A stretch of 64,000 nucleotides of DNA, from positions 64,001-128,000 of the forward strand of contig JBFXJJ010000005.1 in the NCBI GenBank assembly GCA_050175015.1. Reading direction: 5' to 3'. The DNA comes from Alphaproteobacteria bacterium. GTDB lineage: Bacteria > Pseudomonadota > Alphaproteobacteria > JBFXJJ01. Made by a program: the position numbers and the translations under genes. The notes below the pieces were generated by a model. The model did not search any database. It had not been told where the DNA came from and saw nothing but the letters and a program-made list of their open reading frames with translations. This document shows, one piece after another, positions 36,621 to 45,713 of this stretch; within the stretch, counting starts at the first letter, position 1; each line of letters begins with the position of its first letter.

Positions 36621-37613
36621 ATGAAATACCAACCACCAGTTGGCGGTAGTGATGATGCTAGTTATGTTGATGCTAATCCATCAACAGGAGTTGAAGGCTC
36701 GCCTGTGCCAGCCGCCGCTATTGAATACCCTATGCGAGAAATTATCAATGTTATTGAGGCTGCGGGATTAACTCCAAGCAATGAAGAGTTGGATCAATTA
36801 AAAACCGCAATTCTGGCAATTATAAATGCTAATATGCCAAGCAACCTAGGAACCGCTGCGGGCTATAATGTCGGTTCAGAAAACGGAGAACTGCCGACGA
36901 ATGCAATAGTTAGCGCTGATTTAGCAACAAAGCTCGATAAAGCTATGGTTAGAAATATGATAACAACCGCTGATATTTCGAGTGTTGATGCCAATAATAT
37001 ATATTGGTTTTTTAACACAACATCTCAAGGGGCTCGAACATTAACTATCAGCGATGCAGATTTGGAAGTTGGAGAGAAAATTATAATTAGCCGTTATAAT
37101 ACAGGGGCTGCAACTTTAGTTCTTAATGATGTTAATGCTCTGTTAAACGGCGTTTATTATGCCGCTGGTAGTTCAATTTCTTTAGAGAAATATGAATCAT
37201 TTGAGGTTGTAAAATATCACACATCAAACGTATGTATTATTGGACAACGTCGCCCCGCTACACAGGTTGAAGCAGATGCGGGAACAGATGATGTCTTTCC
37301 AATAACATCGCTAAAGCTTTCTCAAATATTGTCAGATTTGCCAAAATATGATGGCGTTGCACCAGTTACAGACAAAGTCAAGGCCACAACATATATTGCA
37401 GAGACGGTTGGAATATTGGTTATAACTGTTGCTAATTACAATGGAGCTGCGACGATAAAAATTGGAGCAACGGAAGCTTCAATCACAGTCGCGACAGTAC
37501 AGGCAACAGGCTATGTGTATAACCAAGCAGCGGCAGCACTTGTCCCAAAAGGATATAGATATCAAGTTGATTATTCGGGGACCGTTAATATTGTTTGGCA
37601 ACCATTAAATTAA
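36621..37613 (+). CDS. Tail fiber protein
   Basis: REI.NVI.AAGLTP.....QL..AI N-terminal baseplate anchor; position after gp48. Confidence 0.8.
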   Translation: MKYQPPVGGSDDASYVDANPSTGVEGSPVPAAAIEYPMREIINVIEAAGLTPSNEELDQLKTAILAIINANMPSNLGTAAGYNVGSENGELPTNAIVSADLATKLDKAMVRNMITTADISSVDANNIYWFFNTTSQGARTLTISDADLEVGEKIIISRYNTGAATLVLNDVNALLNGVYYAAGSSISLEKYESFEVVKYHTSNVCIIGQRRPATQVEADAGTDDVFPITSLKLSQILSDLPKYDGVAPVTDKVKATTYIAETVGILVITVANYNGAATIKIGATEASITVATVQATGYVYNQAAAALVPKGYRYQVDYSGTVNIVWQPLN

Positions 37614-37625
37614 AGGGGAAAAATT

Positions 37626-37991
37626 ATGATACAAGGTTATACAACAAAAAATGCTAGTATTGTCAGGTTTTTTGAGATTAAAAACTTGGATACAATAGCA
37701 AGTCAGGACGAAGAAATGGTCATCATAGAAGATAGAGCCGAGTTTGAGCTAATCCGAAACACATATTTTCAACAAGAAAAATATAATAATCACGACATTC
37801 AGGCATTGTCTGATAGACAGCAGGAATATAGAGAGTTAAACGCAACTTTACTTGGTCTTGTTCAGATCGGGGAAGCTACACAAGAAGAATATGAAAATGC
37901 CTGCAACGCAATCAAAACGACATATCCTAAATTAGAAGAAATGACACTTGAACAAAAACAAACAATGTATCCGCTTTTAAATTTAACTTAA
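37626..37991 (+). CDS. Putative tail fiber assembly/accessory protein
   Basis: Follows the tail fiber; AIK..YPK C-terminal motif. Confidence 0.55.
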   Translation: MIQGYTTKNASIVRFFEIKNLDTIASQDEEMVIIEDRAEFELIRNTYFQQEKYNNHDIQALSDRQQEYRELNATLLGLVQIGEATQEEYENACNAIKTTYPKLEEMTLEQKQTMYPLLNLT

Positions 37992-38004
37992 ATAATGTTT
38001 TTTT

Positions 38005-38112
38005 GCCCTGTTTTTTAAAAAAAGACGGGGCTTTGGTGCTGTAACACCTCAGCCGAAAGTGTTGTGACTTTCATGTTTTTTAAACACCCGTCTTATCTCA
38101 TGCACGAGACGG
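38005..38112 (+). promoter_or_regulatory. Structured leader upstream of the DNA methylase
   Basis: AAGACGGG (38022-38029) / CCCGTCTT (38087-38094) stem enclosing GGTG-CTGTAA-CACC and GAAAG...CTTTC hairpins; alternative pairings possible. Confidence 0.55.
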
Positions 38113-38135
38113 AACAACAATGGAACAAAATAACT

Positions 38136-38963
38136 ATGAAAGCAACAAATTTTGATGAAGTAAAACCAGTGATACCAGCCGCACCTTACGTCGGAGGCAA
38201 GAAAAACCTAGCCAAAACGATAATTTCTAGGATTGAAAATATTCCACACAAGCTATATGCCGAGCCGTTTGTTGGTATGGGCGGTGTCTTTTTAAGACGA
38301 AGACTCGCTTCAAAGTCGGAAGTTATTAATGACATCAATGGAGAGGTCTATAATTTTTTTCGGATACTTCAAAAACATTACCCTTATTTTATGGATATTC
38401 TTAAATTCAGACTAGCAAGCCGCAAAGAGTTTGAGCGACTTTTGAAAGAAAAGCCCGAAACGCTAACAGATTTAGAGCGTGCCGCAAGATTTTTATATCT
38501 GCAAAGAACGGCTTTTGGAGGTAAAGTTACAGATCAGCATTTCGGCATTACTACAAGCAGAAGTTCGAGGTTTGATATAACAAAACTAGGGCCTATGCTC
38601 GATGACCTTCATTCAAGGTTATCAGGGGTTGTTATCGAGTGCCTACCATATCAAGACTTTATTCCTCGTTATGATCGAGCAGAAACACTATTTTACTTAG
38701 ATCCTCCATATTATAATTGTGAGGATTACTACGGTAAAAATGTATTTAATAAAGATGATTTTGAGCGTTTAGCGGAGCTTTTAAGTGTCATTAAAGGCAA
38801 GTTTATAATGTCGTTAAATGACACTCCTGAAGTTCGTAAAATCTTTAAGAATTTTGAAATTAATAGCGTTGACTGTCGCTATACCCTATGCGGAAGTCCA
38901 AAATCTAGCATATTCAAAGAGGTGATAATCGAAGGAGGTGGTAAATATGCCATAGCGGCTTAA
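38136..38963 (+). CDS. DNA adenine methyltransferase, D12/Dam family, at the Mu mom position
   Basis: PYVGGK, EPFVGMGGVF, INDIN, YLDPPYY; start uncertain (ATG 38136 preferred). Confidence 0.92.
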   Translation: MKATNFDEVKPVIPAAPYVGGKKNLAKTIISRIENIPHKLYAEPFVGMGGVFLRRRLASKSEVINDINGEVYNFFRILQKHYPYFMDILKFRLASRKEFERLLKEKPETLTDLERAARFLYLQRTAFGGKVTDQHFGITTSRSSRFDITKLGPMLDDLHSRLSGVVIECLPYQDFIPRYDRAETLFYLDPPYYNCEDYYGKNVFNKDDFERLAELLSVIKGKFIMSLNDTPEVRKIFKNFEINSVDCRYTLCGSPKSSIFKEVIIEGGGKYAIAA

Positions 38964-39062
38964 AATCCGCTGAAAAATAGCAGAATAGTTTTAATGTTTT
39001 ACAAACTACAACCAGAGGTGATAATATTGTCTCTGGTTTAGTTAATGATATTAAGGTGTGAT

Positions 39063-39590
39063 ATGGAAGAGAAAATATTTGAAATAAATCTAGATTTGAA
39101 TAGAACAGTATATATGAAAGGAAAGTCTACCGAACATTATGAAATAGTGTTAGTTGACGCAAAGAAGTTCTTAAACAATGCAAACATTGATAGTAGATGT
39201 TCGAATATTTTAGGAGATAACGTAAGTGGACATTACTATAAATGGAAATATAGGTTTGCAGAAGCAGGTTTCTTTTATGGTATTAAAAATCCAGTTCCTT
39301 CAGGAAATTTAAACTATTTTTTGAAAAATGAACCCTTTAAAACAGAAAAAAAGTGTAAAGAAGTTATATTAGATTTTTTTCTAAAAAGAAAAAGGCAAGT
39401 TAAAGCCAACCAAAACTTGGTATGCGGATTTGGAGATGGGGCAACAAGAACTCATTTCTTATTATTAAATGAGGCAGAATATTTCCCTATTTTATGTGAT
39501 CGCACATCGGCAGAAAATTTTAGAAGCGATTTTGGGTATAATGGAAAAGTGGAGCTTTTAGATGGTTGTTATAAGATTGTTAGAAAATAA
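39063..39590 (+). CDS. Putative plasmid fertility-inhibition (Tir/Osa/FiwA-like) protein, right-end moron
   Basis: AE.GF..G..NPVP and F.DG.TRT.FLL...A.YFPI.C motifs recalled from the Tir family; not searched. Confidence 0.55.
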   Translation: MEEKIFEINLDLNRTVYMKGKSTEHYEIVLVDAKKFLNNANIDSRCSNILGDNVSGHYYKWKYRFAEAGFFYGIKNPVPSGNLNYFLKNEPFKTEKKCKEVILDFFLKRKRQVKANQNLVCGFGDGATRTHFLLLNEAEYFPILCDRTSAENFRSDFGYNGKVELLDGCYKIVRK

Positions 39591-39620
39591 CCTTTAACTC
39601 CATATTTAATAGCATCTTTA

Positions 39621-39668
39621 CATGCAAAACTACTTGGCGCAATATGTAAAACTACTTGGCGCGCTACA
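39621..39668 (-). repeat. Right-end tandem putative transposase-binding sites and terminal CA
   Basis: ATG(C/T)AAAACTACTTGGCGC twice in tandem, ending GCTACA. Confidence 0.85.
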
Positions 39669-39673
39669 AAAAG
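39669..39673 (+). repeat. Right copy of target-site duplication AAAAG
   Basis: Matches 3789-3793. Confidence 0.85.
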
Positions 39674-39732
39674 GATACGTTTTTTTATAAAAATATTACC
39701 TAGGTGCAGAACTTAATGGGTTTTAAACTAAA

Positions 39733-39758
39733 AAAGCCTAGCTCGAAAGCTAGGCTTT
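39733..39758 (-). terminator. Intrinsic terminator after tRNA-Ser
   Basis: AAAGCCTAGCT-CGAA-AGCTAGGCTTT hairpin followed by a T-run on the minus strand. Confidence 0.85.
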
Positions 39759-39762
39759 AAAA

Positions 39763-39852
39763 TGGCGGAGGGGGTGGGATTCGAACCCACGGTGGGCGTA
39801 AACCCACGCCGGTTTTCAAGACCGGTGTATTCAACCACTCTACCACCCCTCC
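39763..39852 (-). tRNA. tRNA-Ser(TGA)
   Basis: GGAGGGGTGGTAGAGTGG...CCGGTCTTGAAAACCGG, long variable arm, GGTTCGAATCC, encoded CCA; 90 nt. Confidence 0.97.
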
Positions 39853-40004
39853 AAAGGATGATGTGATTTGTTATAAACTAATTCAAAAAAAACAAAAAGC
39901 AAGAAAAATTTGCTCATATAGCAATTATTTTTTTGATAATGTTCTAAACTTAATGGTATAAATGTCATTAAATAGTTCTTAATCGTTACATTAGGAGAAA
40001 AAAT

Positions 40005-40373
40005 ATGGCTAAAGAAAAAAAAGAAACCGAAGAAAACAAAGTAGAAAAAGAAGAAGAAACTAAAAAAGAAAGCAACTCAGAAAAAGATGAAAGCAAAAAA
40101 GAGACTAAAAGCACTTGCTCTAAAGAAGATCCTATGAAGGAAATTAAGGAAAAAGCAGAATCTCTTTTTAATGTTTTTGCAGGAAAAGCTAAAGAACAAG
40201 TTCAAAAAGCTCAAGAGCTTGCCGAAAAGCATCAGGTTAAAGAAAAATTTGTAAAAGGTCTTGTCGTTTTAAGCAGCAAACTTAATGAAAAAGCTTTGGA
40301 GTTAGAAAAAAAAGTCAATGAAACCAAACCTTCAGATGAAAAAGCTGAAGAAAAAGGTGAAGATAAAAAATAA
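40005..40373 (+). CDS. Lys/Glu-rich hypothetical protein
   Basis: ORF with AGGAG RBS. Confidence 0.7.
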   Translation: MAKEKKETEENKVEKEEETKKESNSEKDESKKETKSTCSKEDPMKEIKEKAESLFNVFAGKAKEQVQKAQELAEKHQVKEKFVKGLVVLSSKLNEKALELEKKVNETKPSDEKAEEKGEDKK

Positions 40374-40378
40374 TTTTT

Positions 40379-41692
40379 ATGAATTTATTTGCAATAATAA
40401 AAAACAGCATCGTTGTTATCTTTCTTAGTTGTTATTTTTTTGCAGGAAAAGCTTTTGCTGTTGAAGGTTTTGATGCTTGGCTTGCCGACTTCAAAAATGA
40501 GGCATTAGCAGCGGGAATTAGTTATGACACCGTTGATAATGTTTTATCTAAAGTCGTTTTTGAAGAAAGCATAATTGCCAAAGATCGTAAGCAGCCTGAA
40601 TTTATTCGAACTTTTAAAAACTATATGGATATTGCTCTTGCAAAAGACCGAGTTGAGCAGGGTAAAACCATAATGAAAAAATATAGAACTTTGCTCAACA
40701 ATGTTTATAAATTGTACGGCATTCCTCCGCAGTATATTGTGGCATTCTGGGGAATGGAAACTTTTTATGGCAAAAATTTGGGCGACATATCAATTTTTAA
40801 TGCCTTAGCAACGCTTGCTTATGATCCTAGACGTTCAGATTTTTTCAAAAAAGAATTAATTTATGCCCTAAAAATTGTTGATAGCGGTTTTATGAAAGCC
40901 GAGCAAATGAAAGGTTCTTGGGCTGGAGCTTTTGGCAATTTTCAGTTTATGCCATCGACCTATCTAAATTATGCTGTAGACGCTGATAATGATGGTAAAA
41001 AGGACATTATTAATAGTCTGCCAGATGCTTTTTATTCGGCAGGAAATTATTTATCATCAATCGGCTGGAACAAAAAACAAGCTTGGGGAAGGCAGGTAAA
41101 ACTGCCAAAGAACTTTGATTATTTCTTAACAGGAAACAAGATTCGTAAAAAGATAAATGATTGGGGTAATTTGGGAATAAAGAATATAAATAACTCCAAA
41201 TTACCTACGTCTGATATAGAAACTTGGCTCTTAGTACCAGCTGGTTATCAAGGACCTGTTTTCTTTGTTTATGAAAATTTTGATATTATAATGCAGTGGA
41301 ATCGCTCTTTTAATTATGCCTTAGCTATTGGACTTTTAGCTGATAATTTATCTGGGCGAAAATCTATGCTAAATCAGGCGTTAAAAGAAAAACCTATCAG
41401 TGTCCAAATTATAATCGCAATTCAGGATAAGCTCAAAGAATTAGGACTTTATGACGGCAGTGTTGACGGTAATCTCGGCAGTATAACCAAAAGTGCTATT
41501 CAAAATTTTCAAAAAAACTTCAAGCTTCCTGCTGATGGATATCCTTCGGATAAGGTTATAAAATTATTAACGGTTGATTCTTTAGCTCAAAATGATATAA
41601 AAAAAATACCGATACCACCGGTTAAGCCAAAAATTGAAAACACAAGAAGTATTCCATTGCCTCAAAAAAAGCCGCAATATATAGAAGAATAA
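40379..41692 (+). CDS. mltB: Lytic murein transglycosylase (MltB/SLT_2) with PG-binding domain
   Basis: DRKQPEF, WGMET.YG, GSWAGAFG.FQFMPS, WNRS.NYA. Confidence 0.9.
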   Translation: MNLFAIIKNSIVVIFLSCYFFAGKAFAVEGFDAWLADFKNEALAAGISYDTVDNVLSKVVFEESIIAKDRKQPEFIRTFKNYMDIALAKDRVEQGKTIMKKYRTLLNNVYKLYGIPPQYIVAFWGMETFYGKNLGDISIFNALATLAYDPRRSDFFKKELIYALKIVDSGFMKAEQMKGSWAGAFGNFQFMPSTYLNYAVDADNDGKKDIINSLPDAFYSAGNYLSSIGWNKKQAWGRQVKLPKNFDYFLTGNKIRKKINDWGNLGIKNINNSKLPTSDIETWLLVPAGYQGPVFFVYENFDIIMQWNRSFNYALAIGLLADNLSGRKSMLNQALKEKPISVQIIIAIQDKLKELGLYDGSVDGNLGSITKSAIQNFQKNFKLPADGYPSDKVIKLLTVDSLAQNDIKKIPIPPVKPKIENTRSIPLPQKKPQYIEE

Positions 41693-41722
41693 CTTTTTTA
41701 ATTTTTTAGGAATAAACATTTA

Positions 41723-42727
41723 ATGATAAGCAAAAAAGCCTTTTCTATTACTTTAATGTCGTTAATTGCGACCACTTTCATTGTCTCTTGTTCGTCTAAT
41801 ATAACAGGAATAAGAAATTCCGGTTACCGCTATGGAAACAATGGAGGAGCTACCTATAAAGTCGGTTCTCCATATAAAATTAATGGCACGTGGTATTATC
41901 CAAAAGAAGACTACACCTATAGTGAAGTAGGGGTTGCTTCTTGGTATGGACCTCAGTTTCATAACAAACTAACCGCTAATAACGAAATTTATGATATGAA
42001 TGCGTTAACCGCTGCTCATAGAACACTGCCATTGCCAAGTATGGTAAAAGTTACAAACTTGCAAAACGGAAGAAGTTTAGTGCTCAAAGTTAATGATAGA
42101 GGGCCTTTTGCTAAAGATAGAATTATTGATATCTCTAAAAGAGGTGCCCAATTATTAGGTTTCATTGAACAAGGAACGGCAAAGGTTAGAGTAGAGGTTC
42201 TTCCCGAGGAAAGCCTTGCATTAAAAAATCAATTGTTGTCATCGGAAGGCCGAAGTAATTTAGGGAGTATGGCAGGAGGGATTGTTCCTGTTGCTCAAAA
42301 TAGTGTGAGTGAAATCCCTGTTAGGGCAAATGAACTTCCTGATGCAGAAAAAGAAGATTATTTAACATCAAAAACTTCTTCTCAAAATATATCGGCTGAT
42401 CAATATGATATTTGGCAAGAACCAGTCAAAAACAACTCTGCCTTAACGCCAGAAGTTACTAAATCTGATTTTACATTAGAGAGTACGTCTCCATCAGCTG
42501 TTAGCGGGACAATGGTTCAAGTAGGAGCTTTTTCTAGTTATGAAAATGCTCAAAAATTATCAAACAGTATTTCTAGTATTGGAAATGCGTCAATATCTGA
42601 CATTGACGTTAATGGCCAAAAATTTTACCGCGTTAGAATAACTGCACCTAATTCTGATGATGCTAAAAATATTGTATCAAAATTAATCAATTCTGGTCAT
42701 CAAGGTGCGCGAATTGTTAATGAATAA
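41723..42727 (+). CDS. rlpA: Septal ring lytic transglycosylase RlpA (DPBB + SPOR)
   Basis: Lipobox, G.ASWYG, TAAHRTLPLPS, VNDRGPF...RIID.S, SPOR VQVGAF. Confidence 0.95.
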   Translation: MISKKAFSITLMSLIATTFIVSCSSNITGIRNSGYRYGNNGGATYKVGSPYKINGTWYYPKEDYTYSEVGVASWYGPQFHNKLTANNEIYDMNALTAAHRTLPLPSMVKVTNLQNGRSLVLKVNDRGPFAKDRIIDISKRGAQLLGFIEQGTAKVRVEVLPEESLALKNQLLSSEGRSNLGSMAGGIVPVAQNSVSEIPVRANELPDAEKEDYLTSKTSSQNISADQYDIWQEPVKNNSALTPEVTKSDFTLESTSPSAVSGTMVQVGAFSSYENAQKLSNSISSIGNASISDIDVNGQKFYRVRITAPNSDDAKNIVSKLINSGHQGARIVNE

Positions 42728-42746
42728 ACTTTAAGGTTCTTTTAAA

Positions 42747-43919
42747 ATGAATGTTATATCTAAAAACAAGACATTTTTGTTGGCATCTTTGATTAGTATT
42801 TTGCTGCTACCAATCAAAGTTAATGCTTCTTACGATGCTCCAGCCGTTAAAACTATTGCGAAACACGCAATTCTTATGGATTATGAAACTGGATCAGTTT
42901 TATTTGAAAAAGATGCTTATGAAGCAATGCCTCCAGCATCTATGAGTAAACTTATGACTGTTTATTTGATATTTGAACGCCTAAAAGATGGCCGTTTATC
43001 TCTTGATGATGAATTTGAAGTAAGTGAAAAAGCATGGCGTGAAGGTGGAGCTATAACTGATGGCTCAACGATGTTTTTACCGCTTCATTCTAAAATAAAA
43101 ATCCATGATTTGTTAAGAGGCATTATTGTCCAATCAGGTAATGACGCTTGTATTGTGGCAGCAGAAAATATTTCAGGATCAGAAGCCAATTTTGTTAGAG
43201 AAATGAATCTTAAAGCTAAAGAGATAGGTTTAAAAAACAGTGTTTTTGCAAACTCTTCAGGTTTGCCTAATCCTAATCATTATATGTCAGCTTATGACCT
43301 TGCCTTATTAACAAGAAGAATTATCAAGGATTTTCCTGAATATTTTCCTATTTTTTCTGAAAAAAGCTTTAAATTTAATGGTATTCCTCAATACAATAGA
43401 AATCCGCTCCTATCAAGTATGCCCGAAGCTGATGGTATGAAAACTGGGCATACTAAAGCTTCAGGATATGGGCTTACGGCAACAGCTAAAAGAGATAATA
43501 GGCGCTTGATTTCGGTGGTGAATGGTTTAAATAAAATGTCCCAACGTGGTGAAGAATCAAAGATGCTGCTTGTTTGGGGTTTTATGGAATTTGATAATTA
43601 TAAACTTTTCTCTAAAAGTGAGGAAGTTGGGAAAATTGCTACGTGGTTTGGGCAGGATCCTTATGTATCGGCGGTTACCGATGAAGATATCGTTATGTCT
43701 CTTCCTAGAGGTTCTGCTAAAAATATAAAAATTTCTATGACGTATAATGAACCAATAACTGCTCCTATTAATAAAGGCGATAAAATAGGCAAATTAAAAA
43801 TATCAAAGTCAGAAAATGATTCTGAAGAATTTGACTTATTTGCAGCTAGTGATGTAAGAAAACAGGGTTTTATTAATAGAGTTTTTTCATATTTCAAATA
43901 TAAGCTGTTTGGTTTTTAA
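42747..43919 (+). CDS. dacA: D-Ala-D-Ala carboxypeptidase (PBP5/6)
   Basis: SMSK, SGN, KTG motifs. Confidence 0.93.
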   Translation: MNVISKNKTFLLASLISILLLPIKVNASYDAPAVKTIAKHAILMDYETGSVLFEKDAYEAMPPASMSKLMTVYLIFERLKDGRLSLDDEFEVSEKAWREGGAITDGSTMFLPLHSKIKIHDLLRGIIVQSGNDACIVAAENISGSEANFVREMNLKAKEIGLKNSVFANSSGLPNPNHYMSAYDLALLTRRIIKDFPEYFPIFSEKSFKFNGIPQYNRNPLLSSMPEADGMKTGHTKASGYGLTATAKRDNRRLISVVNGLNKMSQRGEESKMLLVWGFMEFDNYKLFSKSEEVGKIATWFGQDPYVSAVTDEDIVMSLPRGSAKNIKISMTYNEPITAPINKGDKIGKLKISKSENDSEEFDLFAASDVRKQGFINRVFSYFKYKLFGF

Positions 43920-43941
43920 AAAAATAAGGGAGTATCGTATC

Positions 43942-44583
43942 TTGCATAAAGGTCGCTTTATAACGTTTGAAGGCGGTGAGGGAGCAGGCAAGTCAACTCA
44001 GGTGAAAATGCTGGCTGAAGCTCTTATCAAAAACGGTCAAAAGGTTTTAATAACCAGAGAACCCGGCGGTTCTGAAGGCGGCGAGATAATTAGGGAAATT
44101 CTTGTTAATGGCGATGTTGGCAAATGGGATTCTATAACTGAAGCCTTACTTTTTTATGCTGCGAGAAGAGATCATGTGGTCAAAAAAATTATGCCAGCAT
44201 TAAACGATGGACTTTGGGTAATAAGTGACCGCTTTGCTGATTCTACTATGGCTTACCAAGCCTCTGGATATAAAGATGGCATTTCTAAACAAGAATTATT
44301 TAATCTGCACAAAATAGCTATTGGCGATTTTAAACCTGATATGACTTTTATTTTAGACTTACCTGTAGAGAAGGGGTTAGAGAGAGCTTTAGCTCGAAGT
44401 AATGATAAAAGCCGTTTTGAAAAAATGGATATTTCATTTCATCAAAAACTACGCCAAGCTTTTTTAGATATAGCTAAAGAAGAAAATGATCGTTGTGTCG
44501 TAATCCCAGCTGAAGACGAAATTACTAGTATAAACAACAAAATTTGGGGCAGTATTAACGATAAATTTAAGGTAATTTTTTAA
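43942..44583 (+). CDS. tmk: Thymidylate kinase
   Basis: FEGGEGAGKSTQ, REPGG, DRF; TTG start at 43942 chosen from the GGGAG RBS. Confidence 0.95.
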   Translation: MHKGRFITFEGGEGAGKSTQVKMLAEALIKNGQKVLITREPGGSEGGEIIREILVNGDVGKWDSITEALLFYAARRDHVVKKIMPALNDGLWVISDRFADSTMAYQASGYKDGISKQELFNLHKIAIGDFKPDMTFILDLPVEKGLERALARSNDKSRFEKMDISFHQKLRQAFLDIAKEENDRCVVIPAEDEITSINNKIWGSINDKFKVIF

Positions 44584-44585
44584 AA

Positions 44586-45713
44586 ATGGACGAAGAAAGC
44601 TTTACCAAAATTCCCCAACCTAAAAATAATCCATTCTTATCGGGCAATGAAGCTGTCGAGCGAGAAATTTTACAAGCTATAAGTAGCGGAAGGATAGAAG
44701 GAAGCTGGTTAATTTATGGACAGCAAGGAATTGGAAAAGCAACCTTAGCCTATCGTATGGCAAGATTTATTCTAGCTAAGAAAGATGCATCTGCAGCATC
44801 GTCTCTTTTTGTAGATAAAAATGAAAATGTCTTTAAATTAATGACTTCTGATAGTCACCCAGATTTGAAAATTATAGAACGTTCCCTAACTGAGGAAGAA
44901 AAGAAAAAGGTTGAAAAACTCGTTGCTAAAGGGGAGGCTCTTAATGATGACGAGGAAAAAGACCGCAAAAGAAAGTCGGTAATAACAATTGATAGTATAA
45001 GAGAAATCAAAGATTTTCTGGCTTTAACTTCTTTTTTCGGCGGCTATAGGATAGTTATTATTGATACCGCTGATGACTTAAATGAACAAGCTGCCAATGC
45101 TCTTTTAAAAATCTTAGAAGAACCACCTAAAAAAGTTATTATGATATTAATCAGTAATAACCTTGGAAAAATAAAACCGACTATTTTATCTAGGTGCCGT
45201 AAAATATATATGAATAAGCCTTATTATTCTATTGCAACCCATATTATAAAAACGTTTATTCCTGATTGCTTGGATAATGATATTAGTAAAGCTTTAATGC
45301 TAGGCAATGGAAGTATAGGTTTAGCCTTAGAAGTTCTTTCCAGCAATGGAATTGAAATCTGCCAAAGATTTGCCAATTTATTTGCTAAACTGCCGTTAAC
45401 TAAACCAGCTGAAATTAATGATTTTGCCGAATTTATTACCAGTGATGATACAAACTATAAAATGGCCAAAAATCTTATTCCTGATGTCTTGTCGAGAGCA
45501 ATAAAAAATGATGTTCAAAAAAATCATAGCTCATTAGAAAATATTATAGTTGATAATATGATTAAACAGGGTTTAGATATAGAAGATTTACTAAATATAA
45601 GAAATGAAATCTGCCTTAAATTTGAGTTAACTGATAGGCTTAATCTTGATAAAAAATTGGCAGTTATGGACATTTTTTTTAAAACTACTGAGGTCATAAA
45701 AACAAAATGCTAA
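44586..45713 (+). CDS. holB: DNA polymerase III delta prime subunit
   Basis: G..GIGKATLA, HPD, AANALLKILEEPP, TILSRC; follows tmk. Confidence 0.92.
   Translation: MDEESFTKIPQPKNNPFLSGNEAVEREILQAISSGRIEGSWLIYGQQGIGKATLAYRMARFILAKKDASAASSLFVDKNENVFKLMTSDSHPDLKIIERSLTEEEKKKVEKLVAKGEALNDDEEKDRKRKSVITIDSIREIKDFLALTSFFGGYRIVIIDTADDLNEQAANALLKILEEPPKKVIMILISNNLGKIKPTILSRCRKIYMNKPYYSIATHIIKTFIPDCLDNDISKALMLGNGSIGLALEVLSSNGIEICQRFANLFAKLPLTKPAEINDFAEFITSDDTNYKMAKNLIPDVLSRAIKNDVQKNHSSLENIIVDNMIKQGLDIEDLLNIRNEICLKFELTDRLNLDKKLAVMDIFFKTTEVIKTKC

Larger units (their letters stand above)
3794..39668 (+). mobile_element. Complete Mu-like transposable prophage (contractile tail), 35,875 bp
   Basis: TG...CA termini with imperfect terminal inverted repeats (TGTAACACGACAAGTAGTTC vs TGTAGCGCGCCAAGTAGTTT), 5-bp TSD, and repressor-ner-transposase A-B, lysis, head, tail and baseplate genes in Mu order. 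Confidence 0.95.

Noticed and set aside
36621-37991. Invertible tail-fiber segment or diversity-generating retroelement
   Set aside because: No invertase, second fiber end, flanking inverted repeats, reverse transcriptase or template repeat seen.
39763-39852. tRNA-Ser as the prophage attachment site
   Set aside because: No integrase and no duplicated tRNA 3' end; the element ends ~95 bp away with transposition hallmarks.
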